A DNA stretch of 32,000 bases from positions 115,824 to 147,823 of the forward strand of contig NC_009792.1 of assembly GCF_000018045.1 (NCBI RefSeq), given 5' to 3'. The stretch comes from Citrobacter koseri ATCC BAA-895. GTDB lineage: Bacteria; Pseudomonadota; Gammaproteobacteria; Enterobacterales; Enterobacteriaceae. This document shows, one piece after another, positions 1 to 10,298 of the stretch. Below the pieces are notes generated by a model. That model did no database searches. It saw nothing but the letters and a program-made list of their open reading frames with translations, and was not told the DNA's origin. The stretch's first letter is position 1, and each line of letters begins with the position of its first letter. Position numbers and translations under genes: made by a program.

Positions 1-582
1 GGTATTGATTACGAATCCTGGTTGTATGAGACCTCGCCGAGCCCAAAAGCGGCGGAAATGCGCATGAAGAACGTCAACCAGCTGTTTAGCTGGATGACCG
101 AAATGCTTGAAGGTAACGAACTTGACGAACCCATGACGCTCACCCAGGTGGTGACGCGCTTTACGCTGCGCGACATGATGGAGCGTGGTGAAAGTGAAGA
201 AGAGTTGGATCAGGTACAGCTCATGACGCTGCATGCCTCGAAAGGGCTGGAGTTCCCGTACGTGTTTATGGTGGGGATGGAAGAAGGATTCCTGCCGCAC
301 CAGAGCAGCATTGACGAAGACAATATCGATGAGGAGCGCCGTCTGGCCTATGTGGGGATCACCCGCGCGCAGAAAGAGCTGATCTTCACGCTGTGCAAAG
401 AGCGTCGTCAGTACGGCGAACTGGTGCGCCCGGAACCAAGCCGCTTTTTGCTGGAACTGCCGCAGGACGATCTTATCTGGGAGCAGGAGCGTAAAGTGGT
501 AACGGCCGAGGAGCGGATGCAGAAAGGGCAGGCCAGCATAGCCAATATCCGCGCCATGATGGCGAAAGCAAAAGCAAAGTAA
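1..582 (+). CDS. rep: ATP-dependent DNA helicase Rep, C-terminal part (5' end lies outside the window)
   Basis: Frame 1 is open from base 1 ([13 protein letters not shown]...) to TAA at 580-582. SF1 helicase C-terminal motifs are present ([37 protein letters not shown]). Synteny with gppA-rhlB-trxA-rho matches the enterobacterial rep locus. Confidence 0.9.
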   Translation, partial: GIDYESWLYETSPSPKAAEMRMKNVNQLFSWMTEMLEGNELDEPMTLTQVVTRFTLRDMMERGESEEELDQVQLMTLHASKGLEFPYVFMVGMEEGFLPHQSSIDEDNIDEERRLAYVGITRAQKELIFTLCKERRQYGELVRPEPSRFLLELPQDDLIWEQERKVVTAEERMQKGQASIANIRAMMAKAKAK

Positions 583-594
583 GTATTTTCCAGA

Positions 595-619
595 CCGGAT
601 AAGCGTAAGCGCCATCCGG
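595..619. repeat. REP (repetitive extragenic palindromic) element between convergent rep and gppA
   Basis: Imperfect palindrome CCGGATAAGCGTAAGCGCCATCCGG with the typical REP core (CCGGAT...ATCCGG), lying in the 47-bp gap between two convergent stop codons. Confidence 0.75.
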
Positions 620-629
620 CAGCCAGCAT

Positions 630-2114
630 CTAATGAACGTCCAAAGGCCAGTGGACATAGCTTTGCCACTGGCTTTCCTGATCGATCAACTCTTTACCCA
701 GCGGGTGATGCTCCAGCCACCCTTGCGGCAAGGTTAACGTCAGATTCTCATCCTGCGCCTGCAACGTAATCTGTGGCACCAGATCGTCACGGCGACGGCT
801 GGCAAAAATGATCGCCAGACGCAACAGGCGACAAAGATGTTCAGCGACGCGCGGCGGCACCGCATTCTGCTGGTGGAGGGAAGAGAGGTCGATCGGGTTG
901 GTCTGATTTAACAACAGGGTGGCTAACAGCTTCTTTTGCGCGGGGGTGAATCCCGGTAAATCCAGATTACGCACCAGATAAGCCGCGTGCTGCGGCGCCT
1001 GTTTAAAATCAACGCTCAGGCCGATTTCATGCAGCTGACAGGCACTGGTCAGGAGTTCGCGACTGATCGGCTCAAGATGCCACTTATCTTCCACCTGATC
1101 GAGAAAGTTTACCGCCAGATCCGCTACGCGATGCGCCTGTTCGGTATCGACCATAAACCGACGCTGAATGTTACGCAGCGTGCGGCTGCGAATATCCTGA
1201 TCCACCGCCAGATGCAGCATGCCATACACCAACCCTTCGCGCAGCGCTCCGCCCGCAAGCGTCATACACTGGATGTCCAGTTCGGTGAAAATCGCGATCA
1301 GAATGGCCAGACCGCTGGGGAATACCAGCGCGCGTTCCAGCGTTAACCCTTCAATTTCCAACTCTTCCAGACGGCCGCAATGAATTGCGCGTTGCTTCAG
1401 CTGTTGAAGTTTCGCCAATGTGATGCGCTCATCCATGCCCTGCGCCATCATGATTTCCTGCAACGCCTGGACGGTGCCAGACGCGCCTACGCAGACTTTC
1501 CAGCCATGCTTGCGTAGCTCATCGGCGACCGGACGTAGCACTTCACGCGCGGCTTTTTCCGCTTCATCGAAGTTTTCTTGCGCCAGATTACGATCGGTAA
1601 AGTAGCGTTCAAGCCAGGTGACGCAGCCCATTGACAGGCTAAACAGAGAGGTGGTTTGTGCGCCGGTTCCGGTGACCAGTTCGGTGCTGGCGCCGCCAAT
1701 ATCGACCACCAGACGCTGATCGGCGCCGCCGGTGGTATGGGCAACACCCTGATAAATCAGCCGCGCTTCTTCTTCGCCGCTAATGACCTGGACAGGACAA
1801 CCGAGGATCTCCTGCGCTTTGGCGATAAACTCGCCCGCATTGACGGCGAGACGCAGCGTTGCCGTGGCGACGACGCAGATTTGCGGTTGAGGAATATCCT
1901 GTAGGCGTTCAGCGAAAAGGCGCAGACATTGCCAGCCGCGCTCCATCGCTTCAGCGGAAAGCGAATTATCACTGTTCAGGCCCGCAGCCAGACGCACCTT
2001 GCGCTTAATTCGCGTGAGCGTCTGGATGCTTCCAGCCACCTCGCGTACAACCAGCATATGAAAACTATTGGAACCGAGATCAATTGCGGCATACAGCGAA
2101 GTGGAAGTGAGCAT
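630..2114 (-). CDS. gppA: Guanosine pentaphosphate phosphohydrolase / exopolyphosphatase family (GppA)
   Basis: 494-aa ORF, the same length as E. coli GppA. Ppx/GppA ASKHA-fold motifs are present ([26 protein letters not shown]). It starts 8 nt downstream of the rhlB stop, as in the rhlB-gppA arrangement. Confidence 0.93.
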   Translation of the reverse strand: MLTSTSLYAAIDLGSNSFHMLVVREVAGSIQTLTRIKRKVRLAAGLNSDNSLSAEAMERGWQCLRLFAERLQDIPQPQICVVATATLRLAVNAGEFIAKAQEILGCPVQVISGEEEARLIYQGVAHTTGGADQRLVVDIGGASTELVTGTGAQTTSLFSLSMGCVTWLERYFTDRNLAQENFDEAEKAAREVLRPVADELRKHGWKVCVGASGTVQALQEIMMAQGMDERITLAKLQQLKQRAIHCGRLEELEIEGLTLERALVFPSGLAILIAIFTELDIQCMTLAGGALREGLVYGMLHLAVDQDIRSRTLRNIQRRFMVDTEQAHRVADLAVNFLDQVEDKWHLEPISRELLTSACQLHEIGLSVDFKQAPQHAAYLVRNLDLPGFTPAQKKLLATLLLNQTNPIDLSSLHQQNAVPPRVAEHLCRLLRLAIIFASRRRDDLVPQITLQAQDENLTLTLPQGWLEHHPLGKELIDQESQWQSYVHWPLDVH

Positions 2115-2122
2115 ATATTACG

Positions 2123-3388
2123 TTAACCTGAACGACGACGATTACGCGGCGCGCCGGTGCGACGCGGTCCATTGCCTGGGCGCGAGCGCGTCAGGCGCAA
2201 CGGCTTCGGCAAATTGGTCATCAGCGCTTCCGGGTTATATTTGCTGACCGGGATAGAGTGACCAATATAAGCCTCAATGGCAGGCAGGTTCAGCGCGTAC
2301 TCTTCACAGGCCAGGCTGATAGAGTGACCGCTCGCTCCTGCGCGACCCGTACGTCCGATACGGTGAACGTAGTCTTCGCAGTCATCCGGCAGGTCATAGT
2401 TAAAGACGTGCGTTACGGCCGGAATGTGCAGACCGCGCGCGGCAACGTCGGTTGCGACGAGGATATCGAGATCGCCACGGGTAAACTCGTCGAGAATACG
2501 CAGACGTTTTTTCTGCGCAACGTCGCCGGTCAACAGGCCGACACGATGACCGTCAGCTGCCAGATGCCCCCAGATGTCTTCGCAGCGGTGCTTGGTATTG
2601 GCGAAAACAATGGCGCGATCCGGCCACTCTTCTTCGATCAGCGTTTGCAGCAAACGCATCTTCTCTTCGTTAGAAGGGTAGAAGAGCTCTTCTTTAATAC
2701 GGTGGCCTGTCTTTTGTTCCGGTTCCACTTCAACATATTCGGCGTTGTTCATCTGCTCGAACGCCAGTTCGCGAACACGGTAAGAGAGGGTTGCGGAGAA
2801 CAGCATGTTCAGACGCTGATTGGCCGGCGGCATGCGGCGGAACAGCCAGCGGATGTCTTTAATAAAGCCCAGATCGTACATGCGATCGGCTTCATCCAAT
2901 ACGACGACCTGAATGGCGCCGAGGTTAATGTGGTTTTGTTTCGCGTAGTCGATCAGACGACCCGTGGTGCCGATCAGAATATCGACGCCGCTTTCCAGCA
3001 CTTTCAGCTGTTTGTCGTAGCCGTCACCGCCGTAGGCCAGGCCTAATTTCAGGCCGGTGGTCTGCGCCAGCGGTTCCGCATCGGCGTGGATCTGCACGGC
3101 CAACTCACGCGTCGGCGCCATAATTAAGGCGCGCGGCTGGTTCACCTTGCGATCGTCAATCGCGGGATGAGAGAGAAGATAATGAAACGAAGACGTCAGG
3201 AACGCCATCGTTTTTCCGGTTCCGGTTTGCGCCTGCCCTGCGACATCACGACCCGCCAGTGTTAGCGGGAGGGCCAATGCCTGAATGGGCGTACAATTAT
3301 GAAACCCTTTATTTTCAAGGGCTTCTATCACCTTTGGGTGCAGGGCGAAGTCGGAAAACTTCTGTTCTGTTAAATGTGTTTTGCTCAT
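2123..3388 (-). CDS. rhlB: ATP-dependent DEAD-box RNA helicase RhlB (degradosome component)
   Basis: 421 aa. Q motif (GFHNCTPIQ), motif I AQTGTGKT, motif [13 protein letters not shown] (FSAT), motif [12 protein letters not shown], and an Arg-rich C-terminal tail. Confidence 0.95.
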   Translation of the reverse strand: MSKTHLTEQKFSDFALHPKVIEALENKGFHNCTPIQALALPLTLAGRDVAGQAQTGTGKTMAFLTSSFHYLLSHPAIDDRKVNQPRALIMAPTRELAVQIHADAEPLAQTTGLKLGLAYGGDGYDKQLKVLESGVDILIGTTGRLIDYAKQNHINLGAIQVVVLDEADRMYDLGFIKDIRWLFRRMPPANQRLNMLFSATLSYRVRELAFEQMNNAEYVEVEPEQKTGHRIKEELFYPSNEEKMRLLQTLIEEEWPDRAIVFANTKHRCEDIWGHLAADGHRVGLLTGDVAQKKRLRILDEFTRGDLDILVATDVAARGLHIPAVTHVFNYDLPDDCEDYVHRIGRTGRAGASGHSISLACEEYALNLPAIEAYIGHSIPVSKYNPEALMTNLPKPLRLTRSRPGNGPRRTGAPRNRRRSG

Positions 3389-3531
3389 AGTGTGGTAGAA
3401 TATCAGCTTACTATTGCTTTACGAAAGCGTATCCGGTGAAATAAAGTCAACCTTTAGTTGGTTAATGCGACATCAACACGTCGTTGATGAAGGCGAAACC
3501 AACACACCAGGCTTATTCCTGTGGAGTTATT

Positions 3532-3861
3532 ATGAGCGATAAAATTATTCACCTGACTGACGACAGTTTTGACACGGATGTACTCAAAGCGGACGGGGCT
3601 ATCCTCGTTGATTTCTGGGCAGAGTGGTGCGGACCGTGCAAAATGATCGCCCCGATTCTGGATGAAATCGCTGACGAATATCAGGGCAAATTGACGGTTG
3701 CTAAACTGAACATCGACCAAAACCCAGGCACCGCGCCGAAGTATGGTATCCGTGGCATCCCGACCCTGCTGTTGTTCAAAAACGGTGAAGTCGCAGCAAC
3801 CAAAGTGGGCGCACTGTCCAAAGGTCAGCTGAAAGAGTTCCTCGACGCCAACCTGGCGTAA
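3532..3861 (+). CDS. trxA: Thioredoxin 1
   Basis: 109 aa from ATG 3532 ([13 protein letters not shown]...) with the WCGPC active site. GGAG at 3523-3526 lies 5 nt upstream. The ORF-track start at 3484 is an upstream in-frame extension not supported by the orthologue N-terminus. Confidence 0.96.
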
Positions 3862-3944
3862 GACGGAAGTTTCATGTTCGGGTGGCCAGCATTCTAAATT
3901 ATTCGGATGACTGGACGCCCGGCTTGAGTCGTGCTAACTTAGTG

Positions 3945-3973
3945 TTGACTTCGTATTAAACATACCTTATTAA
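3945..3973 (+). promoter_or_regulatory. Candidate sigma70 promoter of rho (TTGACT-17 bp-TATTAA)
   Basis: TTGACT at 3945-3950 and TATTAA at 3968-3973 with a 17-bp spacer. The position predicts a ~220-nt leader before the rho ATG, consistent with the long autoregulated rho leader known from E. coli. Confidence 0.5.
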
Positions 3974-4018
3974 GTTTGAGTCTTGTTTTTTCCAACGCTT
4001 CCCGTTTTTTCTCGCGCG

Positions 4019-4123
4019 AGAAGTGAACAGATTCCTGGCTTGTCACTCAATCCGTCTTGTCGTTTCAGTTCTGTGTACTTTCCTGTGACCAGACAGCGAA
4101 CAGACATGAGTTGGTGGCCGTAA
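4019..4123 (+). promoter_or_regulatory. rhoL: rho leader / attenuator region homologous to the rhoL leader-peptide frame
   Basis: This frame reads RSEQIPGLSLNPSCRFSSVYFPVTRQRTDMSWWP*. It resembles the E. coli rhoL peptide as I recall it (MRSEQISGSSLNPSCRFSSAYSPVTRQRKDMSR), but the codon at the expected start position is GCG, not ATG. I therefore call it a leader RNA region rather than a CDS. Confidence 0.45.
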
Positions 4124-4201
4124 ACAGGCATGGATGATCCTGCCATACCATTCACAACATTAAGTTCGAGATTTACCCCAAGTTTAAGAACTCACACCAT
4201 T

Positions 4202-5461
4202 ATGAATCTTACCGAATTAAAGAATACGCCGGTTTCTGAGCTGATCACTCTCGGCGAAAATATGGGGCTGGAAAACCTGGCTCGTATGCGCAAGCAGGAC
4301 ATTATTTTTGCCATCCTGAAGCAGCACGCAAAGAGTGGCGAAGATATCTTTGGTGACGGTGTGCTGGAGATATTGCAGGATGGATTTGGTTTCCTCCGCT
4401 CTGCAGACAGCTCCTACCTCGCCGGTCCTGATGACATCTACGTTTCTCCCAGCCAAATCCGCCGTTTCAACCTCCGCACTGGTGACACCATTTCTGGTAA
4501 GATTCGCCCGCCAAAAGAAGGCGAACGTTACTTTGCGCTGTTGAAAGTTAACGAAGTTAACTACGACAAACCTGAAAACGCCCGTAATAAAATCCTCTTT
4601 GAGAACTTAACGCCGCTGCACGCGAACTCACGTCTGCGTATGGAACGTGGTAACGGTTCTACTGAAGATTTAACGGCTCGCGTACTGGATTTGGCTTCCC
4701 CGATTGGCCGTGGTCAGCGTGGTCTGATCGTCGCACCGCCGAAAGCGGGTAAAACTATGCTGTTGCAGAACATCGCGCAGAGCATTGCTTACAACCACCC
4801 TGACTGCGTACTGATGGTGCTGCTGATCGACGAACGTCCAGAAGAAGTAACCGAAATGCAGCGTCTGGTAAAAGGTGAAGTGGTTGCTTCCACCTTCGAC
4901 GAACCGGCATCCCGTCACGTTCAGGTTGCTGAAATGGTAATCGAGAAGGCGAAGCGTCTGGTTGAACACAAAAAAGACGTCATCATTCTGCTCGACTCCA
5001 TCACTCGTCTGGCTCGCGCCTACAACACCGTGGTGCCGGCTTCTGGTAAAGTCCTGACCGGTGGTGTGGACGCCAACGCCCTGCACCGTCCGAAGCGTTT
5101 CTTCGGCGCGGCGCGTAACGTGGAAGAGGGCGGCAGCCTGACCATTATCGCAACGGCGCTGATCGACACCGGTTCTAAGATGGATGAAGTGATCTACGAA
5201 GAGTTTAAAGGCACCGGTAACATGGAGCTGCACCTCTCCCGTAAGATCGCTGAAAAACGCGTCTTCCCGGCTATCGACTACAACCGTTCCGGTACGCGTA
5301 AAGAAGAGCTGCTCACCACTCAGGAAGAGCTACAGAAAATGTGGATCCTGCGCAAAATCATCCATCCGATGGGTGAAATCGACGCGATGGAATTCCTCAT
5401 TAACAAGCTGGCAATGACCAAGACCAACGACGACTTCTTCGACATGATGAAGCGTTCGTAA
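4202..5461 (+). CDS. rho: Transcription termination factor Rho
   Basis: 419 aa from ATG 4202 ([40 protein letters not shown]...). Walker A PPKAGKT and the RecA-type ATPase domain are present, and the sequence is essentially identical to E. coli Rho. The ORF-track start at 4130 is an upstream extension. Confidence 0.97.
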   Translation: MNLTELKNTPVSELITLGENMGLENLARMRKQDIIFAILKQHAKSGEDIFGDGVLEILQDGFGFLRSADSSYLAGPDDIYVSPSQIRRFNLRTGDTISGKIRPPKEGERYFALLKVNEVNYDKPENARNKILFENLTPLHANSRLRMERGNGSTEDLTARVLDLASPIGRGQRGLIVAPPKAGKTMLLQNIAQSIAYNHPDCVLMVLLIDERPEEVTEMQRLVKGEVVASTFDEPASRHVQVAEMVIEKAKRLVEHKKDVIILLDSITRLARAYNTVVPASGKVLTGGVDANALHRPKRFFGAARNVEEGGSLTIIATALIDTGSKMDEVIYEEFKGTGNMELHLSRKIAEKRVFPAIDYNRSGTRKEELLTTQEELQKMWILRKIIHPMGEIDAMEFLINKLAMTKTNDDFFDMMKRS

Positions 5462-5476
5462 GTCCGGCTGATACCG

Positions 5477-5510
5477 AAAACGCCACGTTTTTACGTGGCG
5501 TTTTTCTTTT
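5477..5510 (+). terminator. Intrinsic terminator after rho
   Basis: Stem CGCCACGT (5481-5488) pairs with ACGTGGCG (5493-5500) around a TTTT loop. It is flanked by AAAA upstream and TTTTTCTTTT (5501-5510) downstream, 16 nt after the rho stop. Confidence 0.85.
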
Positions 5511-5690
5511 ACGATTTATCTGATCTGTTAGTCAAATAAACAAGTCATCATCACATTCATTATGTGGAATTGCTGTGGGCTGTATAAACTACGAGTGGTC
5601 GAAAGTGTAATGTTCTGAATGCTCTCTTCTAGAGACAGACGTAACGCATTATACTTTAAGGAAATGATATATGCTGAGAGCACATACACT

Positions 5691-6794
5691 GTGAATTTAC
5701 TCGCTGCTTTATCTGAGCTAATCAGTATTTTTTTATTCACAACCATTTTTATTTTTCTTGCGCGAAAAGTAGCCATCAAGATAGGTTTAGTGGATAAACC
5801 CAATTTTCGTAAACGGCACCAGGGGGTGGTTCCTTTGGTTGGCGGGATTTCTGTGTTCGCAGGAATCAGCTTTATGTTTGCTCTCTCGGATTACTATATT
5901 CCGCACGCATCGTTATACCTTTTTTCTGCTGGTGTGCTGGTTTTGGTCGGCGCATTGGATGATCGTTTTGACATTAGCGTGAAAATTCGCGCTGTGGTAC
6001 AGGCCGCTATTGCTGTTGTCATGATGGTGATAGGGAAACTCCATCTCAGTAGCCTGGGGTATATTTTCGGTCCCTGGGAATTGGTGCTCGGCCCCTTTGG
6101 CTATTTCCTCACGCTCTTTGCCGTCTGGGCGGCGATCAATGCTTTCAATATGGTTGATGGTATTGATGGCTTACTTGGCGGGCTGTCCAGCGTCTCATTT
6201 GCCGCAATGGGACTGATTCTGTGGTTTGATGGGCAGACGAGTCTGGCGGTATGGTGTTTCGCCATGATCGCCGCGATTCTGCCCTATATCATGTTAAACC
6301 TTGGTGTTCTGGGGCGTCGTTATAAAGTCTTTATGGGCGATGCGGGCAGTACGCTGATTGGCTTCACGGTCATCTGGATCCTGCTGGAAACCACGCAGGG
6401 TAAAACGCATCCTATCAGCCCGGTTACTGCGCTGTGGATTATTGCGATTCCATTGATGGACATGGTGGCGATTATGTATCGTCGCCTGCGTAAGGGCATG
6501 AGCCCCTTTTCTCCCGATCGCCAGCATATTCATCATTTGATCATGCGTGCAGGGTTTACTTCCCGACAGGCATTTGTTCTCATTACGCTCGCCGCTGCGA
6601 TTCTGGCTTCCATTGGCGTTGCCGCAGAATATTCCCATTTTGTTCCAGAATGGGTCATGTTGGTGCTCTTTTTGCTAGCATTCTTCCTTTACGGTTACTG
6701 CATTAAGCGTGCCTGGAAGGTGGCGAGATTTATTAAGCGTGTGAAGCGCAGACTACGCAGAAACCGTGATAACAATCCAACAATAACCAAGTAA
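5691..6794 (+). CDS. wecA: UDP-GlcNAc:undecaprenyl-phosphate GlcNAc-1-phosphate transferase (first ECA/O-antigen step)
   Basis: 367 aa from GTG 5691 (VNLLAALSELISIFLFTT... aligns with the E. coli WecA N-terminus MNLLTVSTDLISIFLFTT...). Polytopic membrane protein with MraY/WecA motifs (NAFNMVDGIDGL, VFMGDAGS). Confidence 0.9.
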   Translation: MNLLAALSELISIFLFTTIFIFLARKVAIKIGLVDKPNFRKRHQGVVPLVGGISVFAGISFMFALSDYYIPHASLYLFSAGVLVLVGALDDRFDISVKIRAVVQAAIAVVMMVIGKLHLSSLGYIFGPWELVLGPFGYFLTLFAVWAAINAFNMVDGIDGLLGGLSSVSFAAMGLILWFDGQTSLAVWCFAMIAAILPYIMLNLGVLGRRYKVFMGDAGSTLIGFTVIWILLETTQGKTHPISPVTALWIIAIPLMDMVAIMYRRLRKGMSPFSPDRQHIHHLIMRAGFTSRQAFVLITLAAAILASIGVAAEYSHFVPEWVMLVLFLLAFFLYGYCIKRAWKVARFIKRVKRRLRRNRDNNPTITK

Positions 6795-6806
6795 ATTGAG
6801 GATGCG

Positions 6807-7853
6807 ATGACACAACCATTACCGGGGGCACACGCCGTGAGCGCTGAAAATGAACTGGATATTCGTGGGTTGTTTCGTACCTTGTGGGCTGGGAAGCTAT
6901 GGATTGTGGGAATAGGGCTGGCTTTTGCGCTTATTGCGTTAGCGTATACGTTTTTTGCCCGTCAGGAGTGGAGCGCAACGGCGATTTCCGACCGCCCCAC
7001 CGTCAATATGCTGGGCGGCTATTACTCCCAACAGCAGTTTTTGCGCAACCTTGATATCAAAGCCAGCCTCGCGCCGGCCGATCAGCCTTCGGTAATGGAT
7101 GAAGCGTATAAAGAGTTCGTCATGCAACTGGCGTCCTGGGATACGCGTCGCGATTTCTGGCTACAGACCGATTATTACAAGCAGCGCATGGTTGGCAACA
7201 GCAAAGCCGATGCCGCGATGCTGGATGAAATGATCAATAACATTCAGTTCACGCCAGGCGATTTCACTCGCAACACCAATGATAGCGTGAAGCTGATTGC
7301 GGAAACGGCGCCCGATGCCAACAACCTGCTTCGCCAGTATGTGGCGTTTGCCAGCCAGCGTGCGGCGAGCCATCTGAATGATGAGTTAAAAGGCGCATGG
7401 GCCGCGCGGACTATCCAGATGAAAGCGCAGGTTAAACGCCAGGAAGAGGTGGCGAAAAGCATTTTCTCTCGTCGTGTTCATAGCATTGAACAGGCGCTCA
7501 AAATTGCCGAACAGCATAATATTTCTCGTACGGCTACCGATGTTCCTGCCGATGAATTACCCGACTCTGAGCTGTTTTTGCTTGGCCGCCCTATGCTACA
7601 AGCGCGTCTTGAAAACCTTCAGGCTGTCGGTCCGGCATTCGATCTGGACTATGATCAAAACCGGGCCATGTTGAACACGCTGAACGTGGGGCCGACGTTG
7701 GACCCGCGTTTCCAGACCTATCGTTATTTGCGCACGCCGGAAGAACCGGTAAAACGCGATAGCCCGCGCCGTGCTTTCCTGATGGTTATGTGGGGCATTG
7801 TTGGGGCGCTGATCGGGGCTGGCGTCGCATTAACCCGCCGCCGCGCGATTTAG
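6807..7853 (+). CDS. wzzE: ECA polysaccharide chain-length modulator (PCP-1 family)
   Basis: 348 aa. There is an N-terminal TM (LWIVGIGLAFALIALAYTFF), a long periplasmic helical domain and a C-terminal TM (AFLMVMWGIVGALIGAGVAL). The N-terminus matches E. coli WzzE. Confidence 0.93.
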   Translation: MTQPLPGAHAVSAENELDIRGLFRTLWAGKLWIVGIGLAFALIALAYTFFARQEWSATAISDRPTVNMLGGYYSQQQFLRNLDIKASLAPADQPSVMDEAYKEFVMQLASWDTRRDFWLQTDYYKQRMVGNSKADAAMLDEMINNIQFTPGDFTRNTNDSVKLIAETAPDANNLLRQYVAFASQRAASHLNDELKGAWAARTIQMKAQVKRQEEVAKSIFSRRVHSIEQALKIAEQHNISRTATDVPADELPDSELFLLGRPMLQARLENLQAVGPAFDLDYDQNRAMLNTLNVGPTLDPRFQTYRYLRTPEEPVKRDSPRRAFLMVMWGIVGALIGAGVALTRRRAI

Positions 7854-7863
7854 CAACATCTCA

Positions 7864-7889
7864 GCAGTGAGGGGTTAGGCCCTCACTGC
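7864..7889 (+). other. Perfect 10-bp GC-rich hairpin in the wzzE-wecB intercistronic gap (no T-tract)
   Basis: GCAGTGAGGG (7864-7873) and CCCTCACTGC (7880-7889) are exact reverse complements around a 6-nt loop. The hairpin starts 10 nt after the wzzE stop and ends 19 nt before the wecB GTG. It is followed by CTATTCGAAG, not a U-run. Confidence 0.7.
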
Positions 7890-7908
7890 CTATTCGAAGA
7901 GAATCGAT

Positions 7909-9039
7909 GTGAAAGTACTGACTGTATTTGGCACGCGACCGGAGGCCATCAAGATGGCGCCTCTGGTTCATGCGCTGGCAAAGGACCCTCATTTTGAGGC
8001 AAAAGTCTGCGTTACTGCGCAGCATCGGGAGATGCTCGATCAGGTTTTGAATCTCTTTTCTATTGTGCCTGACTACGATCTCAATATTATGCAGCCGGGT
8101 CAGGGGCTGACAGAGATTACCTGTCGAATTCTGGAAGGATTAAAACCGATTCTTGCCGATTTTAAACCTGATGTCGTATTGGTGCATGGCGATACGACAA
8201 CCACTCTCGCCACCAGTCTGGCGGCTTTCTACCAGCGTATCCCTGTCGGTCATGTAGAGGCCGGGCTGCGAACCGGCGATCTCTACTCCCCCTGGCCTGA
8301 AGAGGCGAACCGCACCTTGACCGGTCGCCTGGCGATGTACCATTTTGCGCCGACGGAAAATTCACGGCAGAATTTACTGCGGGAACAGATCCCTGATAAC
8401 CACATCTTTGTCACCGGCAATACCGTGATTGATGCGCTGATCTGGGTGCGCGATCGTGTACTGGCCAGCGATACGCTACGCGCCGAACTGGCAAAGCGGT
8501 ATCCTTTCCTGTGTGACGATAAAAAAATGATCCTGGTGACCGGACATCGCCGTGAGAGCTTTGGCCGGGGGTTTGAGCAAATCTGTCATGCGCTGGCGGA
8601 GATAGCCGCTACCAATCAGGATGTACAAATTGTGTATCCGGTTCACCTGAATCCCAACGTCAGCGAACCGGTTAACCGCATCCTGGGTCATGTTGAAAAT
8701 GTGATACTGATTGAGCCGCAGGATTACCTGCCGTTTGTCTGGCTGATGAACCACGCCTGGCTGATCCTTACCGATTCCGGCGGGATTCAGGAAGAGGCGC
8801 CGTCATTAGGCAAACCGGTGTTGGTTATGCGCGAAATGACGGAACGGCCAGAAGCCGTTACCGCTGGCACGGTGCGTCTGGTGGGAACCGATTCACACCG
8901 TATTGTGGAAGAAGTTACACGTTTGCTGCACGACGAAAATGAATATCAAACCATGAGCCGCGCCCATAATCCTTATGGCGACGGGCAGGCGTGCGGCCGC
9001 ATTTTACACGCGTTAAAAAATAATCGGGTATCGCTATGA
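7909..9039 (+). CDS. wecB: UDP-N-acetylglucosamine 2-epimerase
   Basis: 376 aa with a GTG start ([27 protein letters not shown]...). Motifs HVEAGLRT and [10 protein letters not shown] are present, and the sequence is near-identical to E. coli WecB. Confidence 0.95.
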   Translation: MKVLTVFGTRPEAIKMAPLVHALAKDPHFEAKVCVTAQHREMLDQVLNLFSIVPDYDLNIMQPGQGLTEITCRILEGLKPILADFKPDVVLVHGDTTTTLATSLAAFYQRIPVGHVEAGLRTGDLYSPWPEEANRTLTGRLAMYHFAPTENSRQNLLREQIPDNHIFVTGNTVIDALIWVRDRVLASDTLRAELAKRYPFLCDDKKMILVTGHRRESFGRGFEQICHALAEIAATNQDVQIVYPVHLNPNVSEPVNRILGHVENVILIEPQDYLPFVWLMNHAWLILTDSGGIQEEAPSLGKPVLVMREMTERPEAVTAGTVRLVGTDSHRIVEEVTRLLHDENEYQTMSRAHNPYGDGQACGRILHALKNNRVSL

Positions 9040-10298
9040 GTTTTACGACCATTTCTGTTATTGGGCTGGGATACATCGGGTTGCCGACGGCTGCGGCCTT
9101 TGCTTCTCGCCAAAAGCACGTTATTGGCGTGGATATCAATCAGCAGGCGGTGGACACCATCAACCGTGGAGCCATCCATATTGTTGAGCCGGATCTGGAT
9201 AGCGTCGTGAAAACTGCGGTTGAAGGCGGATTCCTCCGGGCAACGACAACGCCGGTAGCAGCCGACGCGTACTTGATCGCCGTGCCGACGCCGTTCAAGG
9301 GCGATCACGACCCCGATATGGTTTATGTCGAAGCGGCCGCGAAATCTATTGCTCCCGTACTGAAAAAAGGCGCGCTGGTCATCCTCGAATCCACCTCGCC
9401 GGTGGGCGCGACAGAACAAATGGCCGCATGGCTGGCGGAAATGCGCCCGGATCTGACTTTCCCGCAGCAGGCGGGGGAACAGGCTGATGTGAACATTGCC
9501 TACTGCCCGGAGCGCGTATTGCCAGGTCAGGTCATGGTGGAGCTTATCAAAAATGACCGCGTGATTGGCGGCATGACGCCGGTATGTTCTGCGCGTGCCA
9601 GCGAGTTGTACAAGATTTTCCTTGAAGGCGAGTGTGTGGTGACTAATTCCCGCACCGCCGAAATGTGTAAGCTCACGGAAAACAGCTTCCGTGACGTCAA
9701 TATCGCCTTTGCGAACGAGCTGTCGCTGATTTGCGCCGATCAGGGGATTAACGTCTGGGAACTGATTCGTCTGGCGAATCGTCATCCGCGCGTGAATATT
9801 CTCCAGCCTGGGCCGGGCGTGGGCGGCCACTGCATCGCCGTCGATCCGTGGTTTATTGTGGCGCAAAACCCGCAGCAGGCACGGCTGATCCGTACCGCGC
9901 GTGAAGTGAACGACGGTAAACCACACTGGGTGGTGGCGCAGGTGAAAGCCGCAGTGGCGGATTGCCTGACGGCAACGAATAAGCGCGCCAGCGACATCAA
10001 AATCGCCTGCTTTGGTCTGGCGTTTAAACCGAATATTGACGATCTGCGTGAAAGCCCGGCGATGGGCATTGCGCAGGAGATTGCGCAATGGCATGCCGGT
10101 GAAACGCTGGTGGTAGAGCCTAATATTCATCAGTTGCCGAAAAAACTGGAAGGTCGCTGCACGTTAGCCACGCTGGAAAATGCGCTGGCGGAAGCGGATG
10201 TGCTGGTCATGCTGGTTGACCATCATCCGTTTAAAGCGATTAACGGCGACGCCGTGCGGCAACGCTACATTGTGGATACAAAAGGAGTCTGGCGCTGA
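9036..10298 (+). CDS. wecC: UDP-N-acetyl-D-mannosamine dehydrogenase
   Basis: 420 aa. N-terminal Rossmann motif [12 protein letters not shown] and catalytic Cys context GPGVGGHCI (UDP-sugar dehydrogenase family). The ATG overlaps the wecB stop (ATGA). Confidence 0.95.
   Translation: MSFTTISVIGLGYIGLPTAAAFASRQKHVIGVDINQQAVDTINRGAIHIVEPDLDSVVKTAVEGGFLRATTTPVAADAYLIAVPTPFKGDHDPDMVYVEAAAKSIAPVLKKGALVILESTSPVGATEQMAAWLAEMRPDLTFPQQAGEQADVNIAYCPERVLPGQVMVELIKNDRVIGGMTPVCSARASELYKIFLEGECVVTNSRTAEMCKLTENSFRDVNIAFANELSLICADQGINVWELIRLANRHPRVNILQPGPGVGGHCIAVDPWFIVAQNPQQARLIRTAREVNDGKPHWVVAQVKAAVADCLTATNKRASDIKIACFGLAFKPNIDDLRESPAMGIAQEIAQWHAGETLVVEPNIHQLPKKLEGRCTLATLENALAEADVLVMLVDHHPFKAINGDAVRQRYIVDTKGVWR

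Noticed and set aside
5619-5690. Upstream ATG extension of wecA (ORF-track start 5619), with analogous extensions of rho (4130), trxA (3484) and cyaA (25605)
   Set aside because: The orthologue N-termini align with the internal starts (GTG 5691, ATG 4202, ATG 3532, TTG 25695), giving exactly the canonical protein lengths. The extensions lack SD sequences and encode unconserved residues.
5511-5690. Search for a JUMPStart/ops element (GGCGGTAG) upstream of the ECA cluster
   Set aside because: The motif is not present in this interval, so I have no sequence basis for RfaH-dependent antitermination of the wec operon.
8973-10130. 385-aa ORF antisense to wecC
   Set aside because: It is fully embedded opposite a strongly supported CDS. 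The Arg/His/Gln-rich, low-complexity translation is typical of shadow ORFs in GC-rich coding DNA, and it has no SD and no recognisable motif.
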